From: Perkinsela sp. CCAP 1560/9
Taxonomy: Eukaryota > Protista > Euglenozoa: Kinetoplastea
Length of the DNA stretch: 64,000 bases
Assembly (NCBI GenBank): GCA_965644495.1
Contig: CBFFSA010000001.1
Span: forward strand, 1,240,001 to 1,304,000
Direction of reading: 5' to 3'
In this document: piece after piece, positions 45,283 through 57,128 of the stretch
Layout of the letters: every line of letters starts with the position of its first letter
Position numbering within the stretch: the first letter of the stretch is position 1
Translations under genes and position numbers: made by a program
Notes under the pieces: generated by a model
Database searches by the model: none
The model's input: the letters and a program-made list of their open reading frames with translations, nothing else
What the model was told of the DNA's origin: nothing

Positions 45283-45543
45283 GGGCATCTGAGGTTGTGG
45301 TACCACTTGTGCGTTTCCTTTAGTTTTTTGAGAGCAGGATGGGAATGCATTTTTATTTTTTTACCTTTTATGTAAGCAAGGATAAATTTTAGGCGACTTC
45401 TTTCGACTCAACTTTTTTGAATTATCATGCTGTTGCTTTCACTAACATTCGACTCCATTGCTTCGCAAATACTTTTGCATAAATTAAGCACTACTTTTTT
45501 ACATCTATACCTTGCTTTTGTTTCTTTCACAAATCTCACCGCA

Positions 45544-46962
45544 ATGGAAACTCAGTCGAAGCAAAGCGCATCCCCTCACTGTCTTCGGTGTCTTGCCATT
45601 GATCACGAACTAGCCACATGTCCAGAAGTTCTTCCGGATGAAGTTCCGATAGTGAATCACAGCACACAAGTATGTACGTTCCTTAAAACACCTTACAAAG
45701 CAACCACGCTTGCGGAGATCGTTGCAGGAATTGCTCGACTTGAGGAAGCTCCACGAAGCCATGTTCGTTTTGTCACCCCATTCGAGCGCTATAATCTTGA
45801 CGAAAGTAAATCACAAAGTTTACATCAACTTCAGGTAAATCCCCGCGTGACGATTCTCTATGAAATTGTCACTACATCCGAACATCCACCGAACAATTCA
45901 CAAACTTCAACGGAAAGTCACTCTTCATCCACTCCAAGAGCTACAGTTGGGAATTTAATGCAGGAAAATATGCTTCTACAGTACTATGACGTGTGCGCCC
46001 AAATGGAGGCCTATCGTCTACGACTCATCAACCAAATGCAACACTACTCTCCAAACACCCCAGCACATCTTCCTCCCATTCCTGTGCCTGTTTTACCCTC
46101 ACAACAACAACAAACACAATTTTTTCCACCCTCCACCCCGCAATTCTCCCATCCCAATCCAATGCCTACAGAACCCATCCCCTCGACATCCCTTCCCCCA
46201 AACCCCAACATCCAACCCCATGAACGACAACCCAACAACGCTACGCTCTATCCTCCTTTTCCCACCGTATCCTCCCAAGAAGACGATCCCTCCTCCCCCT
46301 CCATGCACTCACCTCTTACTCTATCTCCCTTATCTTCCGAACATGAAATCTCTTCGCCTCAACTTTCATCCTTCCAAATTTCATCCTCCCAAATTCCATC
46401 CCAAATTCCATCCCAAATTTTACCCTCCCAAATCTCATCCTCCCAAATCCCACCCTCTCCCCTTTCTTCCTCCACAGCACACACCCCCTTTTCCCCCTTC
46501 CTCCCTCTCCCTCCCCTCCCCCACGCGCCCTCCCCCCCTCTCGAGCCCTTCCACGACCTCCACGCGCTCGTGGAGATCCACGTCCCGGCGCTCCACCGCA
46601 CCGTAAACCTCAAAGGCGTGGGTCTTGCCTCCCCGACCGAGCAGATCTACGCCCGCGCCCGCTCCTACGGGGTGATCCTCAAACTACGACGCGCGCCCGT
46701 GCCGTGGGGCCCCCCCATGGGGCAGCACCACGGGGCACACGGGTTCGCGCACGTCTTTGTGGAGTTTGCCAGGGTGGGGAGTTGCCAGGAGCTGCTTCGG
46801 GTGGGGTCGTTCTGGGTGGAGGGCCGTCGGGTGGAGATTTCCATGGCGCGAACCGCGATCAAGGATCCAAAACCGGGGGATGCGATTGTGGAGGAGGGAA
46901 GGGTGAGGCAGGGGATACAGGTAGGAGGTGTGGCGACCGAGTCGTTTTCTGTGAGTTTGTGA
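45544..46962 (+). CDS. RNA-binding protein (CCHC knuckle + C-terminal RRM)
   Basis: CLRCLAIDHELATC; RTVNLKGV...HVFVEF...GRRVEISMARTAI. Start at METQSK is inferred. Confidence 0.7.
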   Translation: METQSKQSASPHCLRCLAIDHELATCPEVLPDEVPIVNHSTQVCTFLKTPYKATTLAEIVAGIARLEEAPRSHVRFVTPFERYNLDESKSQSLHQLQVNPRVTILYEIVTTSEHPPNNSQTSTESHSSSTPRATVGNLMQENMLLQYYDVCAQMEAYRLRLINQMQHYSPNTPAHLPPIPVPVLPSQQQQTQFFPPSTPQFSHPNPMPTEPIPSTSLPPNPNIQPHERQPNNATLYPPFPTVSSQEDDPSSPSMHSPLTLSPLSSEHEISSPQLSSFQISSSQIPSQIPSQILPSQISSSQIPPSPLSSSTAHTPFSPFLPLPPLPHAPSPPLEPFHDLHALVEIHVPALHRTVNLKGVGLASPTEQIYARARSYGVILKLRRAPVPWGPPMGQHHGAHGFAHVFVEFARVGSCQELLRVGSFWVEGRRVEISMARTAIKDPKPGDAIVEEGRVRQGIQVGGVATESFSVSL

Positions 46963-47483
46963 GACTTGCTTTATATATAGTGAAGTTTATTTGAATTTTT
47001 TGACAATGTTTTTGCACTTCTAGAGATTTCGCTTGCTTTTACTAATTTTGTTTTATGTTTATGGATATCGGACTGTATTTTTGAAGCGATGCCTGAGTTC
47101 TTCAACCTAGTCGATTTTTGATTTTATTGGTTTGTTTTCTTGTGCAACTTTTTAAGTTTTCACCTTCTTATTGTTGTTTATTAATCACCTTGATAAAAGT
47201 CTGGTTATTTCTTAATCTTGCATAAAGCCCAAAGATCTTGTGGGAGATTTTAAAAAACATGTTGACCCTTTGTTGACTTTCTGTTATCCGGGGTAGAAAT
47301 CTTGCTTCCTCTATAACAACTGCTCTTCGGTATTAAATGTAAAATAATCTAATTCGTCCATTTCAAAAACAAGTTAATCGAAACGAAATCAGCATATTCG
47401 TCTTCAAAGGCATATGGTTTTCTCTGATTTTTTCGAGTTTCCTTAATAAACAATTTTCTTTTTTTCACGTCACCCCAACCCCA

Positions 47484-50400
47484 ATGTCTTCATTCCCATT
47501 AAACCCCATCAAAGAGACCGACCCTTCCATAGCTCTCACACTGGATGTGCTACAACGTTACGTTCAAAATCTTTTTCAAGCGAATCCACTCACTATCTCC
47601 GACGAGAGGCCTCTTACCACTGGAGCTGAGGCGATAAGCCTCCTCCTTGGCAAACAACTTTCGGCCGAATCGGATATGCTTTGTGCACTTCCTGAGTTTA
47701 TTGCCACAAAATCTGTTGTATGGCCTGCAACGATACGTCACGCATGTGAGTCCAGTGTGCAGGATAATACCGTTTTCCTCCTTGAGAACATTTCTCGTGT
47801 AGCCATACGAATTCAGCACAAGCTCATTTTGTGGAATTTTCTTACAGGGTCGGATATGAAAGTGATTGAGGAGCCAGAACCCGTACAAAACATTTTCACA
47901 GTGCGGACTCCACCGGGATTGTTAAATTCCAACTCAACACATTTACTCCTTTTGATTTTCTGCGGGAAAGTTTCGGTTTATGGGCTTAGCTTTGCAGACA
48001 GGGCTATTCCTGGTGAGTACGAATTTCAAGGGCGAAAAGGATCTAGATGTCACGTTACACCGTGTACCATCACTGATCTTGGGATTTCCCAGATATCAGA
48101 ATTTACAATTCAAAAAATTGTGCAACACGACTTTACAGATCGCATCTTTTTTGCTGCACAAGAGGGAGATTTCTACGAAATTCATTTGGTAAAAGATTTG
48201 CGTACCGACTCCCTTCGAATGACATTCACCAACCTGGATGCGTTCTTTTCTCAGCAGAATTACGTTTCTCAATGCATCGGTTCTCTCCTGACGAAGGCTT
48301 ATCTTTCGGTTATTAAAAAGGAGCAAGCCCTTGATATATGCGTGGATTCGTTTCGTCACCAAATTTTTGTTCTCCACTTGGATAGCTCTATTACTATGTA
48401 TTCCATCAGTGAGGGGGGGAAAGGACAAATCTCGTTGATTTGTACAAAGAAGCATGAACCTGGAATGCTACAACATTTGAATAAGTATCGCGATCCCAAG
48501 CTTTCTCCACTGTCTTCTGTACATATCGGTGGTCCTCGAGAGGATTTCGCTTTAGTATCTGTTGCTTCAAACGGATATTGTTACTTTTATTCCTTGCAAG
48601 AAAGCGGTTTTACGGGAGGCAAACAGCTCGAGGTGAAAAAGGTGTTCTGCTCGTTAGATAATGATTCCCGCGAATTCCGAAAATCTTGGTTCGAAACCGA
48701 AAAGCAAATCGCTTTCTCGTACGTGTCCAATGGCATAGGAGCTTTTATTCGAACCTGTTCAAGCGAGTCGAACCAATCCGAGAACACCTCACCCCCAAAT
48801 GTTTCCTCGGCCATGCTTATGGATGAAATTTGTTTTACTTCCTCATCACGCGAAGTCTCGCTAAACGCGAACGAAAATACTTCACTCGAGCGCCCAACAG
48901 TAACTATTTTCCCTCAAAGGGGAAGCGAGCTACAAGATATGAGAATGCTTTACGTGGGTGAAATTGATCATACAGTTTTTGCCTCTTTATGCGAGGAAAT
49001 TGCCTCTGCAACACCGATTCAAGAGACAGATTCGCAGTACATTCTACCGTCTCGTCGTTTCGCTGTCGTAACCAACACGGGAGTACATTTCGTACGCAAA
49101 CTACGACCTCTTGATATTTTGTTTCTTGTGATATCCTCCGGAAGAACCACCTCAGCGCGATCTATTTTGGCCCGCTTCCAAAGTACGTTTGGACTGGAGG
49201 AGTTTTGTTCTATGCTTTGCTTGCTCTATGGTAAACTAGCATCTGCACACGAATTCTCCGAGCTCACTCTGTCCTTGCGAAAAGCTCAATCGGAATGTGT
49301 TTCATGCTCTTCGCGAATTCTAAGTGAAAAAGAGATTTCTACCTTCATTTGGGAAATATTGGAGTCGCGACTGCTACCGGACAGTGCTTCTCTAGTAGCT
49401 CTGGACGCGAATTACATTTCTGGAAGAGACCTTACCATGTCCACATTCTCACAATCACGCAACACGCTTTTTTGCATTACCACCTCTCCCGCAATACGCG
49501 GACTTCGTTTACTTTTTTCCCGCATTCTTCTTTCCTTGGTTCCTTCACGTCTCTTTTCTCCCTCCTCCCCCTCACGCCCTCGTCCAGGATTACATCTCAC
49601 CGAGGAAGACCTCCGTGGGGTTCTCGAGATTCTGACTCCTCTCGCCCACGTCCTCTCCACGCTTCGCAAACAAGGCTGGATGGAACCCAACCCCTCTCTC
49701 CCTCTCTTCTGGGAAAACAACGACCAGTTTGACACCATCCTCAGCGTCCCGTCCAACCACACCGGGCTCTCCTCCTCTCATCTAAAACAACTCGTAGCGT
49801 TGCAACTCTCCTCTCTCGAGCACACCACACATATCATTTTCCAATTTCTCTCCCTCCTCCAAATGGTACAAACCACAAAATACGAACCCGTCTTGATCGA
49901 CACGGCAGCGACGGAGTACACCCGGCTGTCCTCCCAACACTCCACCCCTCCCCTCCCGTATTTCCACGATCTCGTTTTTGGCGATCTGCTTCTCTCCCCT
50001 TCCGCCCCCTCGGTTCGCCTTCCCGTGGTCCGTGCGCTTCTTCGTAGTTTTCTACGGGTCCCTGATCTCACCCCCGCTGAGCTCTCGACACTGAATTCAA
50101 CGATGGCCACGAAATGCCCCTCTCTGCTCCCCGCTGAGGATTTCGCCGAGTACCACGCGCAGCTTTTGCTCCGTGAGTGCCACAGGTCGTGGGGTAACGA
50201 TCCAACGGGCGCGAACGATAAAATAAATGATTTAGTCAAGGCGTTGCTTCCGTTGTCTCGACATCTGTGGCAGTCCTGTGGGCTCCGTGCCATCGCGGAG
50301 GTGTTGTGGGAGATGAAAGGGTACGCCGCAGTGGCGTCGCTTTGTTGGAGTGCAGCCGCCCAGGGGGATGGAAAGAGGGAGGCCATGGGGGCGTATTTGT

Positions 50401-51746
50401 ATGGTATCGACCCGGAAAGTTATGTACAGCCCTCGGGACGAGCGCAGGAGGCTTTGGAGGATCGTTGGCAGTGTTATGGATTGCTGGTGTCGTTTTTGGA
50501 GCAAGGTTTTGCGGGGGAGAACTCGACAACGTTGAATTCATCCTTGCGTGAGCTGTTTGAAGTAGAGAGTGGGAGAATAGGAAGTCTGTGGAATTTACCC
50601 GGGTGTGATTTACTGGCGAAATATTTTCTGTTGGAGTGGATGTTGCAGCGTGAGAGTAGTGATCCTATGCGGGAGTACTTTCTGCAAATCGTGCTGCGCA
50701 TGCCTCCAGGTGACCTTGAAAAGTTTCTGGAACTGCATCAGTCGATGTTTGGACGAGAACGTGCGTTGTTTTACATAAAGCAAGACCGGTCGGAGGACGC
50801 CTTGCGAGCTTTCTTAAGTGCCGCTACATCTCGATTTGTCAACATCCCGGTGCCACTTCAGTATCGTGTTGGTTTGCTTCAGGAAGCCACGACGTGGGCT
50901 AAGTCGAAGAAAGTGGAGCACAGCCCTCTGGCTCGACGTCTCTCTACTACATACCGCATTGCTCTAGTTCAAACGGAGCTTCTGGAACTCTGTGAACAAA
51001 CGCTCGCGAATGAATCGGACTCCCTTTCGAATCAAGTTGTGGACCTTGAAGACGGGATTAAGCCGCTGCGTTCCCATCTTGCAGAGCAATGTGACTTCTT
51101 AAGAAATGAACTGATTAGTGATCTAAATATTCTCTATCGCATGGCAGAGGTCTACAGGGGATCTGGAGGTGAATTTGTACAGCTCTCTGTGCTTTACAAC
51201 TCGGATGGTACTACCGAAACTTCCAAGTTCTTATGTGCCGACCTGTTTGAAGCGGCCTTGTGTTCCGCCAGCAGCGTAGAGTCTACGACACAAAAACTGT
51301 TCGAGCGATTTTACGATCCCTCTCGTCCACAATATTTTCCTATGAATTCTCTTTTGAAAGTGGTGTTTGAAAGATTAACAAGCGCGAACGAAAGAGTGAT
51401 CGTAGATCTCTTGCTGGGCTGCGAAAGAATGAGTCTGGCAGAAATTTTTGAATATTTTAGATTGTTTTTTGAAGAAGTCTATTCAAAATCTTTACACCCT
51501 GAATCACGTTTTAACACTCCCTTTTCTGCAGCTCGAGTGCTTGTTGCAATGGCCGAACTGTTATGTGTGTGGAGCACACAATTATCACAAGCTTCCTATC
51601 GAAGCTCCGGAAGTGGGGTGAGTACTAAATCGTCCTATTTGACAGCACGGCAAACGTGTGAAAATTATATTCGAGACTATTTGCACCAGGCTCCGTCTTC
51701 TGAGAAACCAGTCCTCCAGGAATATTTGTCACGAATCCATCGCTAA
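47484..51746 (+). CDS. Nucleoporin Nup155/Nup170 family
   Basis: 1420 aa with a beta-propeller-like N-terminus (KLILWNF, RIFFA..GDFYEI, CVDSFRH), RRFAVVTNTG...RPLDIL, and a helical C-terminus. Confidence 0.8.
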   Translation: MSSFPLNPIKETDPSIALTLDVLQRYVQNLFQANPLTISDERPLTTGAEAISLLLGKQLSAESDMLCALPEFIATKSVVWPATIRHACESSVQDNTVFLLENISRVAIRIQHKLILWNFLTGSDMKVIEEPEPVQNIFTVRTPPGLLNSNSTHLLLLIFCGKVSVYGLSFADRAIPGEYEFQGRKGSRCHVTPCTITDLGISQISEFTIQKIVQHDFTDRIFFAAQEGDFYEIHLVKDLRTDSLRMTFTNLDAFFSQQNYVSQCIGSLLTKAYLSVIKKEQALDICVDSFRHQIFVLHLDSSITMYSISEGGKGQISLICTKKHEPGMLQHLNKYRDPKLSPLSSVHIGGPREDFALVSVASNGYCYFYSLQESGFTGGKQLEVKKVFCSLDNDSREFRKSWFETEKQIAFSYVSNGIGAFIRTCSSESNQSENTSPPNVSSAMLMDEICFTSSSREVSLNANENTSLERPTVTIFPQRGSELQDMRMLYVGEIDHTVFASLCEEIASATPIQETDSQYILPSRRFAVVTNTGVHFVRKLRPLDILFLVISSGRTTSARSILARFQSTFGLEEFCSMLCLLYGKLASAHEFSELTLSLRKAQSECVSCSSRILSEKEISTFIWEILESRLLPDSASLVALDANYISGRDLTMSTFSQSRNTLFCITTSPAIRGLRLLFSRILLSLVPSRLFSPSSPSRPRPGLHLTEEDLRGVLEILTPLAHVLSTLRKQGWMEPNPSLPLFWENNDQFDTILSVPSNHTGLSSSHLKQLVALQLSSLEHTTHIIFQFLSLLQMVQTTKYEPVLIDTAATEYTRLSSQHSTPPLPYFHDLVFGDLLLSPSAPSVRLPVVRALLRSFLRVPDLTPAELSTLNSTMATKCPSLLPAEDFAEYHAQLLLRECHRSWGNDPTGANDKINDLVKALLPLSRHLWQSCGLRAIAEVLWEMKGYAAVASLCWSAAAQGDGKREAMGAYLYGIDPESYVQPSGRAQEALEDRWQCYGLLVSFLEQGFAGENSTTLNSSLRELFEVESGRIGSLWNLPGCDLLAKYFLLEWMLQRESSDPMREYFLQIVLRMPPGDLEKFLELHQSMFGRERALFYIKQDRSEDALRAFLSAATSRFVNIPVPLQYRVGLLQEATTWAKSKKVEHSPLARRLSTTYRIALVQTELLELCEQTLANESDSLSNQVVDLEDGIKPLRSHLAEQCDFLRNELISDLNILYRMAEVYRGSGGEFVQLSVLYNSDGTTETSKFLCADLFEAALCSASSVESTTQKLFERFYDPSRPQYFPMNSLLKVVFERLTSANERVIVDLLLGCERMSLAEIFEYFRLFFEEVYSKSLHPESRFNTPFSAARVLVAMAELLCVWSTQLSQASYRSSGSGVSTKSSYLTARQTCENYIRDYLHQAPSSEKPVLQEYLSRIHR

Positions 51747-52012
51747 GTTTCGGGTGAAGCATAAGCCCAAATTTTTGTGACTTAGTTCTTACATTGCATA
51801 GTTTCCTGAACTTCAGTATAATGATAACGGTCTAACGAATTCACATACGTTTTAAAAGTAATATCCACGATTTTAAGGCTTAAGTACAACTTCTTGCTTA
51901 CATCCTTTTTTTTCAGTACAGTTACTTTTCAGTGTAAACACAATTTATTGGTTCAGTATCTATTTTATCATGCTTTACCTGACTTTTGAATGCAAGTTTT
52001 AATTTTTCTTCT

Positions 52013-53812
52013 ATGAGTCGGCAAGAGCGATATCGTATTTTGGCGCTGCGGAAGAAAAGGTATGAGATTGAGGAACCGTCCCATCCTTTTCTTCGGAGTC
52101 GTTGTGGATCACAGTGCGTGCAACTTCCGGCCAATTGGGAGCCAGATCGAAGTCTTAATCCTCCATTTAACGAATCACCTACGAGAGAAGTTCGCGACGC
52201 TGTTGCATATTCGAAAAGGTATGGGCCTCGGTTCGACAAGTTATCAAACTTTGAGGTGCTCGTATCTCCGCATAAACCCTCTCCGAAAAAACTGATCGAA
52301 ACAACACATGCTTCACCCAAAACGAATTCCTTTCAAGAAGTTACATTTCTTGGAACGATTTCTGTTTTTCCTGAATGTGAGGAGGTCAGTTCTCTGCTTG
52401 TTAAAAATAATAATTTAGGTCGCTTTTCTTCAGCGAAACCCTCAGGTGCGGAAGAAGAACCAGAACAACTAGATAATATCACGTCGTCCTTCGTTCTTCT
52501 TTTTGAGTTAGTTTTGCATCAAAAGAAGATCCTTTATGCTGAGTATACGACTCAGAGAGAAGCCTTTGTAACAATGCTACAAAATAGCTTAGAAAGTCTG
52601 TTGTTGTACAGCGTCAACATTGCCAAAACTGATGATACGAAGACAGATCAAGAGGCAGCGATTATGAGTTCGTCTCTTGTGGATTCGCGATCTCTGGAAA
52701 CTTCTGTAAAACATCTAGTACGTATCTTACGAAAATCAGAAAGAAGAAGAGCTCGGCAACCACATGAATGGTACGCTCCTGATTTAAGAAACGAAGCAAT
52801 TTTGTCCGATGGAACACTGCATGCTAGTCTTTCTTCACGGCAGACAAATCCCAGATTTCATCGCTACCCTGCGTCTTTGCAAAGCGTTCAAGATTCTATC
52901 CATACTTCTGCACCGCAACCCTGTCGCATGATATCTCGCGACTCACAGACTGATTTTCCTATTTCATGGAACAAATCCACCTGTTCTTCCACCTTGAACT
53001 TTATCTTCTTTGAACTTTTCGACTTTTCTCCCTCATTTTGTTATGAAGAACAAGATTTGAACTCGGTATCTAATCCGACAATGTCCATTGGATCGCAAAC
53101 GGAATATGAAGAAACTCAGCACGCCATTGACTCTTCATTATATTCTGAAGACGCACTTTCCCAAACGCTCAGTCCCATCCAATCTACGCTAAGCACCGCG
53201 TTACCCTTTTCTGCGACCCAATCCATAGAGAAACCTAAATCTGATGAACATCAATCTCATCTAAAAACACCCGATTTTGTCCCGAGCTTAGCCGGTCGAT
53301 TACCCTATGATATAGCAATGAGGTCTCCATCGCGTGGCATTTACAAGAACGATGACATTCACAACGACCAGCAGTTGTCCTCCAACGCTCCATTTTCCTC
53401 TTATTCGAATCATGGAATCAAGGAATCACAAAATCCGCATTTTTTTGAATCCCCTCGACGCGAGAGTTTCTCTCAGCCTTCTACCCCCGGACGTCGATCC
53501 ATGCGGGGGGAGGGCGCCGCAAAGTCTTTTTTCCCGGACGGCCGAGTGGTGTTGCGACTCCCAAATGGAGATCTTAAAACGACATACCCTGATGGTAAAA
53601 CGTCATTTTATTATGCCGCAGCGCGCGCTACGATGGTAAAATATCCGAATAAAGATTCACCGGAAGGTGCCGCGCTGGATGTGGAAAAAGAAGCTGTTTT
53701 TGAGTCCGCAAACGATAAAACTCCAGTTCGGATTGACCCAGATTTTAGTTATTCGGTGCAGTCTAGTCCTTTTCCAGATCTATCAAATGAAGATGAAATT
53801 TCGTTGCCTTAA
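52013..53812 (+). CDS. Protein with a short TCP10/CENPJ (SAS-4 G-box)-like C-terminus
   Basis: FPDGRVVLRLPNGDLKTTYPDGKTSFYYAAARATMVKYPN. Confidence 0.6.
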   Translation: MSRQERYRILALRKKRYEIEEPSHPFLRSRCGSQCVQLPANWEPDRSLNPPFNESPTREVRDAVAYSKRYGPRFDKLSNFEVLVSPHKPSPKKLIETTHASPKTNSFQEVTFLGTISVFPECEEVSSLLVKNNNLGRFSSAKPSGAEEEPEQLDNITSSFVLLFELVLHQKKILYAEYTTQREAFVTMLQNSLESLLLYSVNIAKTDDTKTDQEAAIMSSSLVDSRSLETSVKHLVRILRKSERRRARQPHEWYAPDLRNEAILSDGTLHASLSSRQTNPRFHRYPASLQSVQDSIHTSAPQPCRMISRDSQTDFPISWNKSTCSSTLNFIFFELFDFSPSFCYEEQDLNSVSNPTMSIGSQTEYEETQHAIDSSLYSEDALSQTLSPIQSTLSTALPFSATQSIEKPKSDEHQSHLKTPDFVPSLAGRLPYDIAMRSPSRGIYKNDDIHNDQQLSSNAPFSSYSNHGIKESQNPHFFESPRRESFSQPSTPGRRSMRGEGAAKSFFPDGRVVLRLPNGDLKTTYPDGKTSFYYAAARATMVKYPNKDSPEGAALDVEKEAVFESANDKTPVRIDPDFSYSVQSSPFPDLSNEDEISLP

Positions 53813-54066
53813 GTGTCGAAATTTTTAAAAACGTTCTTGTGTGATTTTGTAGAGTAAAACAATACAGTAAACCGGTGTGAATAGAATGCAACACTGCGTA
53901 ATTATCATGAACAAATCTTCAAGTCTTCGGAATTTGAATATCTATTAAGTGATAAGTTTTGTCTTACTGAAAGAAATACCATTAGTTATTATATTCACTG
54001 TTTTTCTCCCATAATGTTTCCCACAAAAACAATAATCGCCAGCTGAGCTTAACATTGACCTTACTT

Positions 54067-56865
54067 ATGGACGTTTCGAACTTTTGGTCTACAAATGCCA
54101 GGCTAGCGCAGGAGCGACGAAATGGATTTGTCTACGATTTTATGGAGGAGCGTCGAGACGGGAAGAAACGAAGCCGTGAAGACCCAAACTATGATGCCAG
54201 CACATTGTATGTCCCAGATCGTTCTCTGCACAATATGAACGCCATGGAACGTCAGTTTTGGGAAATAAAAAAAGAGCACTTGGACACCGTAATATTCTTT
54301 AAGAAAGGTAAATTTTATGAACTTTACGATGTTGATGCGGAATTGGGTCAAAGAGAGTTTGGATTAAAAATGATTTCTGACACTCGAGGTGGTCGGTTGA
54401 AAATGGCCGGCGTTCCCGAGCAATCTTTTTGTACCTGGGCCCAGCAATTTGTCATGCGTGGTTACCGCGTGGGAAGGGTTGAGCAGTTAACAAAAAAGGA
54501 CACTGATGTTTGTGTTCCTCGTGAATTGGTTAAAATCTATACATGCTCGACTTTAACGGATACGGAGATGATTCAAACGGCAGAAGCGTCTCATCTTGTT
54601 TCCGTTTACGAGCGATGTACAGGGCATAATGAAGTGGAGATTGGTTTTTGTGCATTTGAAATTTCTTGCGGAGTTGGTTCGTTTGCCGTTTTCTCCGGTC
54701 CCGAGTCTTATGAGCACTTTGCAACTGTCTTGCGTCATTTTGCGCCACGTGAAATCGTTGTCGGTCGAAAGCGATCCTCCACACTTACACAACTCCTAAT
54801 ATCTGTGTCAGCTTCTTCTCGACTGTATGAAATGTCGAACGAAATTTCTGACGTTGTGTTTCACACCAATTATTGCGTTAATCAAATACAAGAGCTCAAC
54901 CGCAGAACTTCTGATGTTCTTGGGGTACTCCTTTCTCAACCTACGCCTATTCTATACGCATTCGGAGGCATCGTTCACTACCTTGAAAAGCTAATGATTA
55001 TTTCGGAGGTCATTACTCCGCAATTTACCCTTTCGTACTTCTTTTTAGACGAGGCCGTCAGTACACAAGCGCCTCACATGGTGCTAGATGCTAGCACTTT
55101 GGAACATCTCGAAATTTTGCAATCAGGAGAGAGTTGTTCCGATTCCTTGCTTTCTAGAATTGATTTTACCTCAACCCCTTCTGGAAAACGCCAGCTACGG
55201 AAATGGGTTTTAGAACCTTTGCGCGATGCAACGTTAATTCAGAGTAGGCAAGTCTTTGTTCAATTTCTGATGCACTACGGAGCACAATCTGTACGTCAAC
55301 TCCTTAGCACAACAACGGACTTAGAACGCAACAGCGTTCGTCTTCGCAACATGGTTGAAGAAAAAGAGGTTTCCTGGGTCGACAGCTCCGCGCAAGGAAA
55401 ACGTACCCTACAGCTCTTGTCCCAGACGATGAGCTGCGTTCTATCACAAGACAAAGCGTTACGTGATCTTCTTTCTCATACCCCGGACTGCGCTATGAAG
55501 TCCACACTACAGGGTAACCTCACACCCACCCTCTCCGAGGACATTCTCTGTTTTCGTAACGGGTTCGATGAGAACGCGGCGCTACAAACGGGATTTGCAA
55601 TTCCTACTCCCGGTACTTGTGAACCCTATGATGCACTGGAGTCGCGACGTACTCAACTTGTAGCCTCTCTAGATCCCTATCTCGAGGCTGCCCGGGGTTA
55701 TTTCCACGACCCCTCACTTTCCTTTGTTGATGCCGGCAAGGAGTGGTTTCTCATCGAGGTCCCAACCCGTTCGGTGGTCGACACCCTCCCCCCAGATTTC
55801 CTCATGTTCTCTACCACTGCTAAAGTCACACGATATAAACACAAACGACTGGAACCGATCGTTCGGGCACTCAAAGAGATTTCTGAACAACGCGCACTGG
55901 TCCTGCAACGTCATTTAAAAGAGTTGTTACGAATGTACAGCTCCTCTTTTTATGTATCGGTGACGAAGCTTTCTCAAGCTATTGCGATTGTGGATGCGCT
56001 TACGAGTCTTGCAATGGCTTCCTCCCAACCAGGAATGTGTTCCCCAAATGTTATTTCCGGTGAGAGCGCAGCGCAAATTTCTTCTACTGCGTTGTTTCAT
56101 TCGGGAACTAAGCTGAATGAGGGACAGGAAGAGGTCACAAAAAATGACGTGCGTATGGACGCAGCATCAGGACGGGTGATTGTGCTTACGGGACCGAATA
56201 TGGGAGGGAAATCGACATTGATGCGGGCGGTGGGGGTGGCTACGGTATTGGCGCAAATCGGATGTTTTGTGCACGCTAGTTCTTTTCGTCTTGCTCCCGT
56301 GGATCGTATCTATACCCGTATGGGGGCACGAGATAGTCTTTTTGAGCACAAGTCCACATTTCTCGTGGAGCTCACCGAGATGGGACATATTCTTCGTCAC
56401 GCAACGCCCCGTAGTCTGGTGCTTGTCGACGAACTCGGGCGCGGTACCTCGACTTTCGATGGATATGCTGTAGCCTGGGGAGCGCTTTCGTACCTTGTGC
56501 GGCATTCACAGCCCTTGGGTTTTTTCTCTACTCATTACTATTTTCTTGCCATACAGGCTGTGCTGAGTTTTTCTCAGTACGACATACGCGCGATGCACAT
56601 GCGGCATCAAATTGATCCAGTTTCTCAGCAGGTGATTCTACTTCACAAGCTTGCAACAGGGATTTGCTCCAATTCGTACGGTTTGGATGTTGCCGCTCGC
56701 GCGGGACTCCCTCGTGTAGTGGTACAAAACGCGAAGAAGCACGCTGAATGTCTGGCATCTCAATTCGCACTTGGCACACAAGTTCTTCACAGAAGTACAT
56801 ATCACATGTTGAAAGACTTGCTTTGTACAACGACAAAGAATGGACGATTGACAACGGACGATTGA
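54067..56865 (+). CDS. MSH6: DNA mismatch repair protein MSH6
   Basis: DPNYDASTLYVP, FFKKGKFYELY, LTGPNMGGKST, DELGRGTST, STHY, SYG. Confidence 0.93.
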   Translation: MDVSNFWSTNARLAQERRNGFVYDFMEERRDGKKRSREDPNYDASTLYVPDRSLHNMNAMERQFWEIKKEHLDTVIFFKKGKFYELYDVDAELGQREFGLKMISDTRGGRLKMAGVPEQSFCTWAQQFVMRGYRVGRVEQLTKKDTDVCVPRELVKIYTCSTLTDTEMIQTAEASHLVSVYERCTGHNEVEIGFCAFEISCGVGSFAVFSGPESYEHFATVLRHFAPREIVVGRKRSSTLTQLLISVSASSRLYEMSNEISDVVFHTNYCVNQIQELNRRTSDVLGVLLSQPTPILYAFGGIVHYLEKLMIISEVITPQFTLSYFFLDEAVSTQAPHMVLDASTLEHLEILQSGESCSDSLLSRIDFTSTPSGKRQLRKWVLEPLRDATLIQSRQVFVQFLMHYGAQSVRQLLSTTTDLERNSVRLRNMVEEKEVSWVDSSAQGKRTLQLLSQTMSCVLSQDKALRDLLSHTPDCAMKSTLQGNLTPTLSEDILCFRNGFDENAALQTGFAIPTPGTCEPYDALESRRTQLVASLDPYLEAARGYFHDPSLSFVDAGKEWFLIEVPTRSVVDTLPPDFLMFSTTAKVTRYKHKRLEPIVRALKEISEQRALVLQRHLKELLRMYSSSFYVSVTKLSQAIAIVDALTSLAMASSQPGMCSPNVISGESAAQISSTALFHSGTKLNEGQEEVTKNDVRMDAASGRVIVLTGPNMGGKSTLMRAVGVATVLAQIGCFVHASSFRLAPVDRIYTRMGARDSLFEHKSTFLVELTEMGHILRHATPRSLVLVDELGRGTSTFDGYAVAWGALSYLVRHSQPLGFFSTHYYFLAIQAVLSFSQYDIRAMHMRHQIDPVSQQVILLHKLATGICSNSYGLDVAARAGLPRVVVQNAKKHAECLASQFALGTQVLHRSTYHMLKDLLCTTTKNGRLTTDD

Positions 56866-57128
56866 ATTTTCATCTCTTTTTAAAACATGCGAGTAGTGAA
56901 ACAGTCACCCTCGAGCATACATATGAGCCACATACGCATGAGCCGCATACGTACTGTATGAGCCACATTTCACATTCTCCTATTTGCTTTTTCTGTATTT
57001 TGATTTGGAACTGATTGGTTAATTCTCATTTTTCTAAAACAAATTACATAAAAAAAAATGTTCTGTTTTTGTTGGCAATATTTACAATCATAAATTTGCA
57101 CTACTCTTCGTGTACATAAAAGCAAAAA

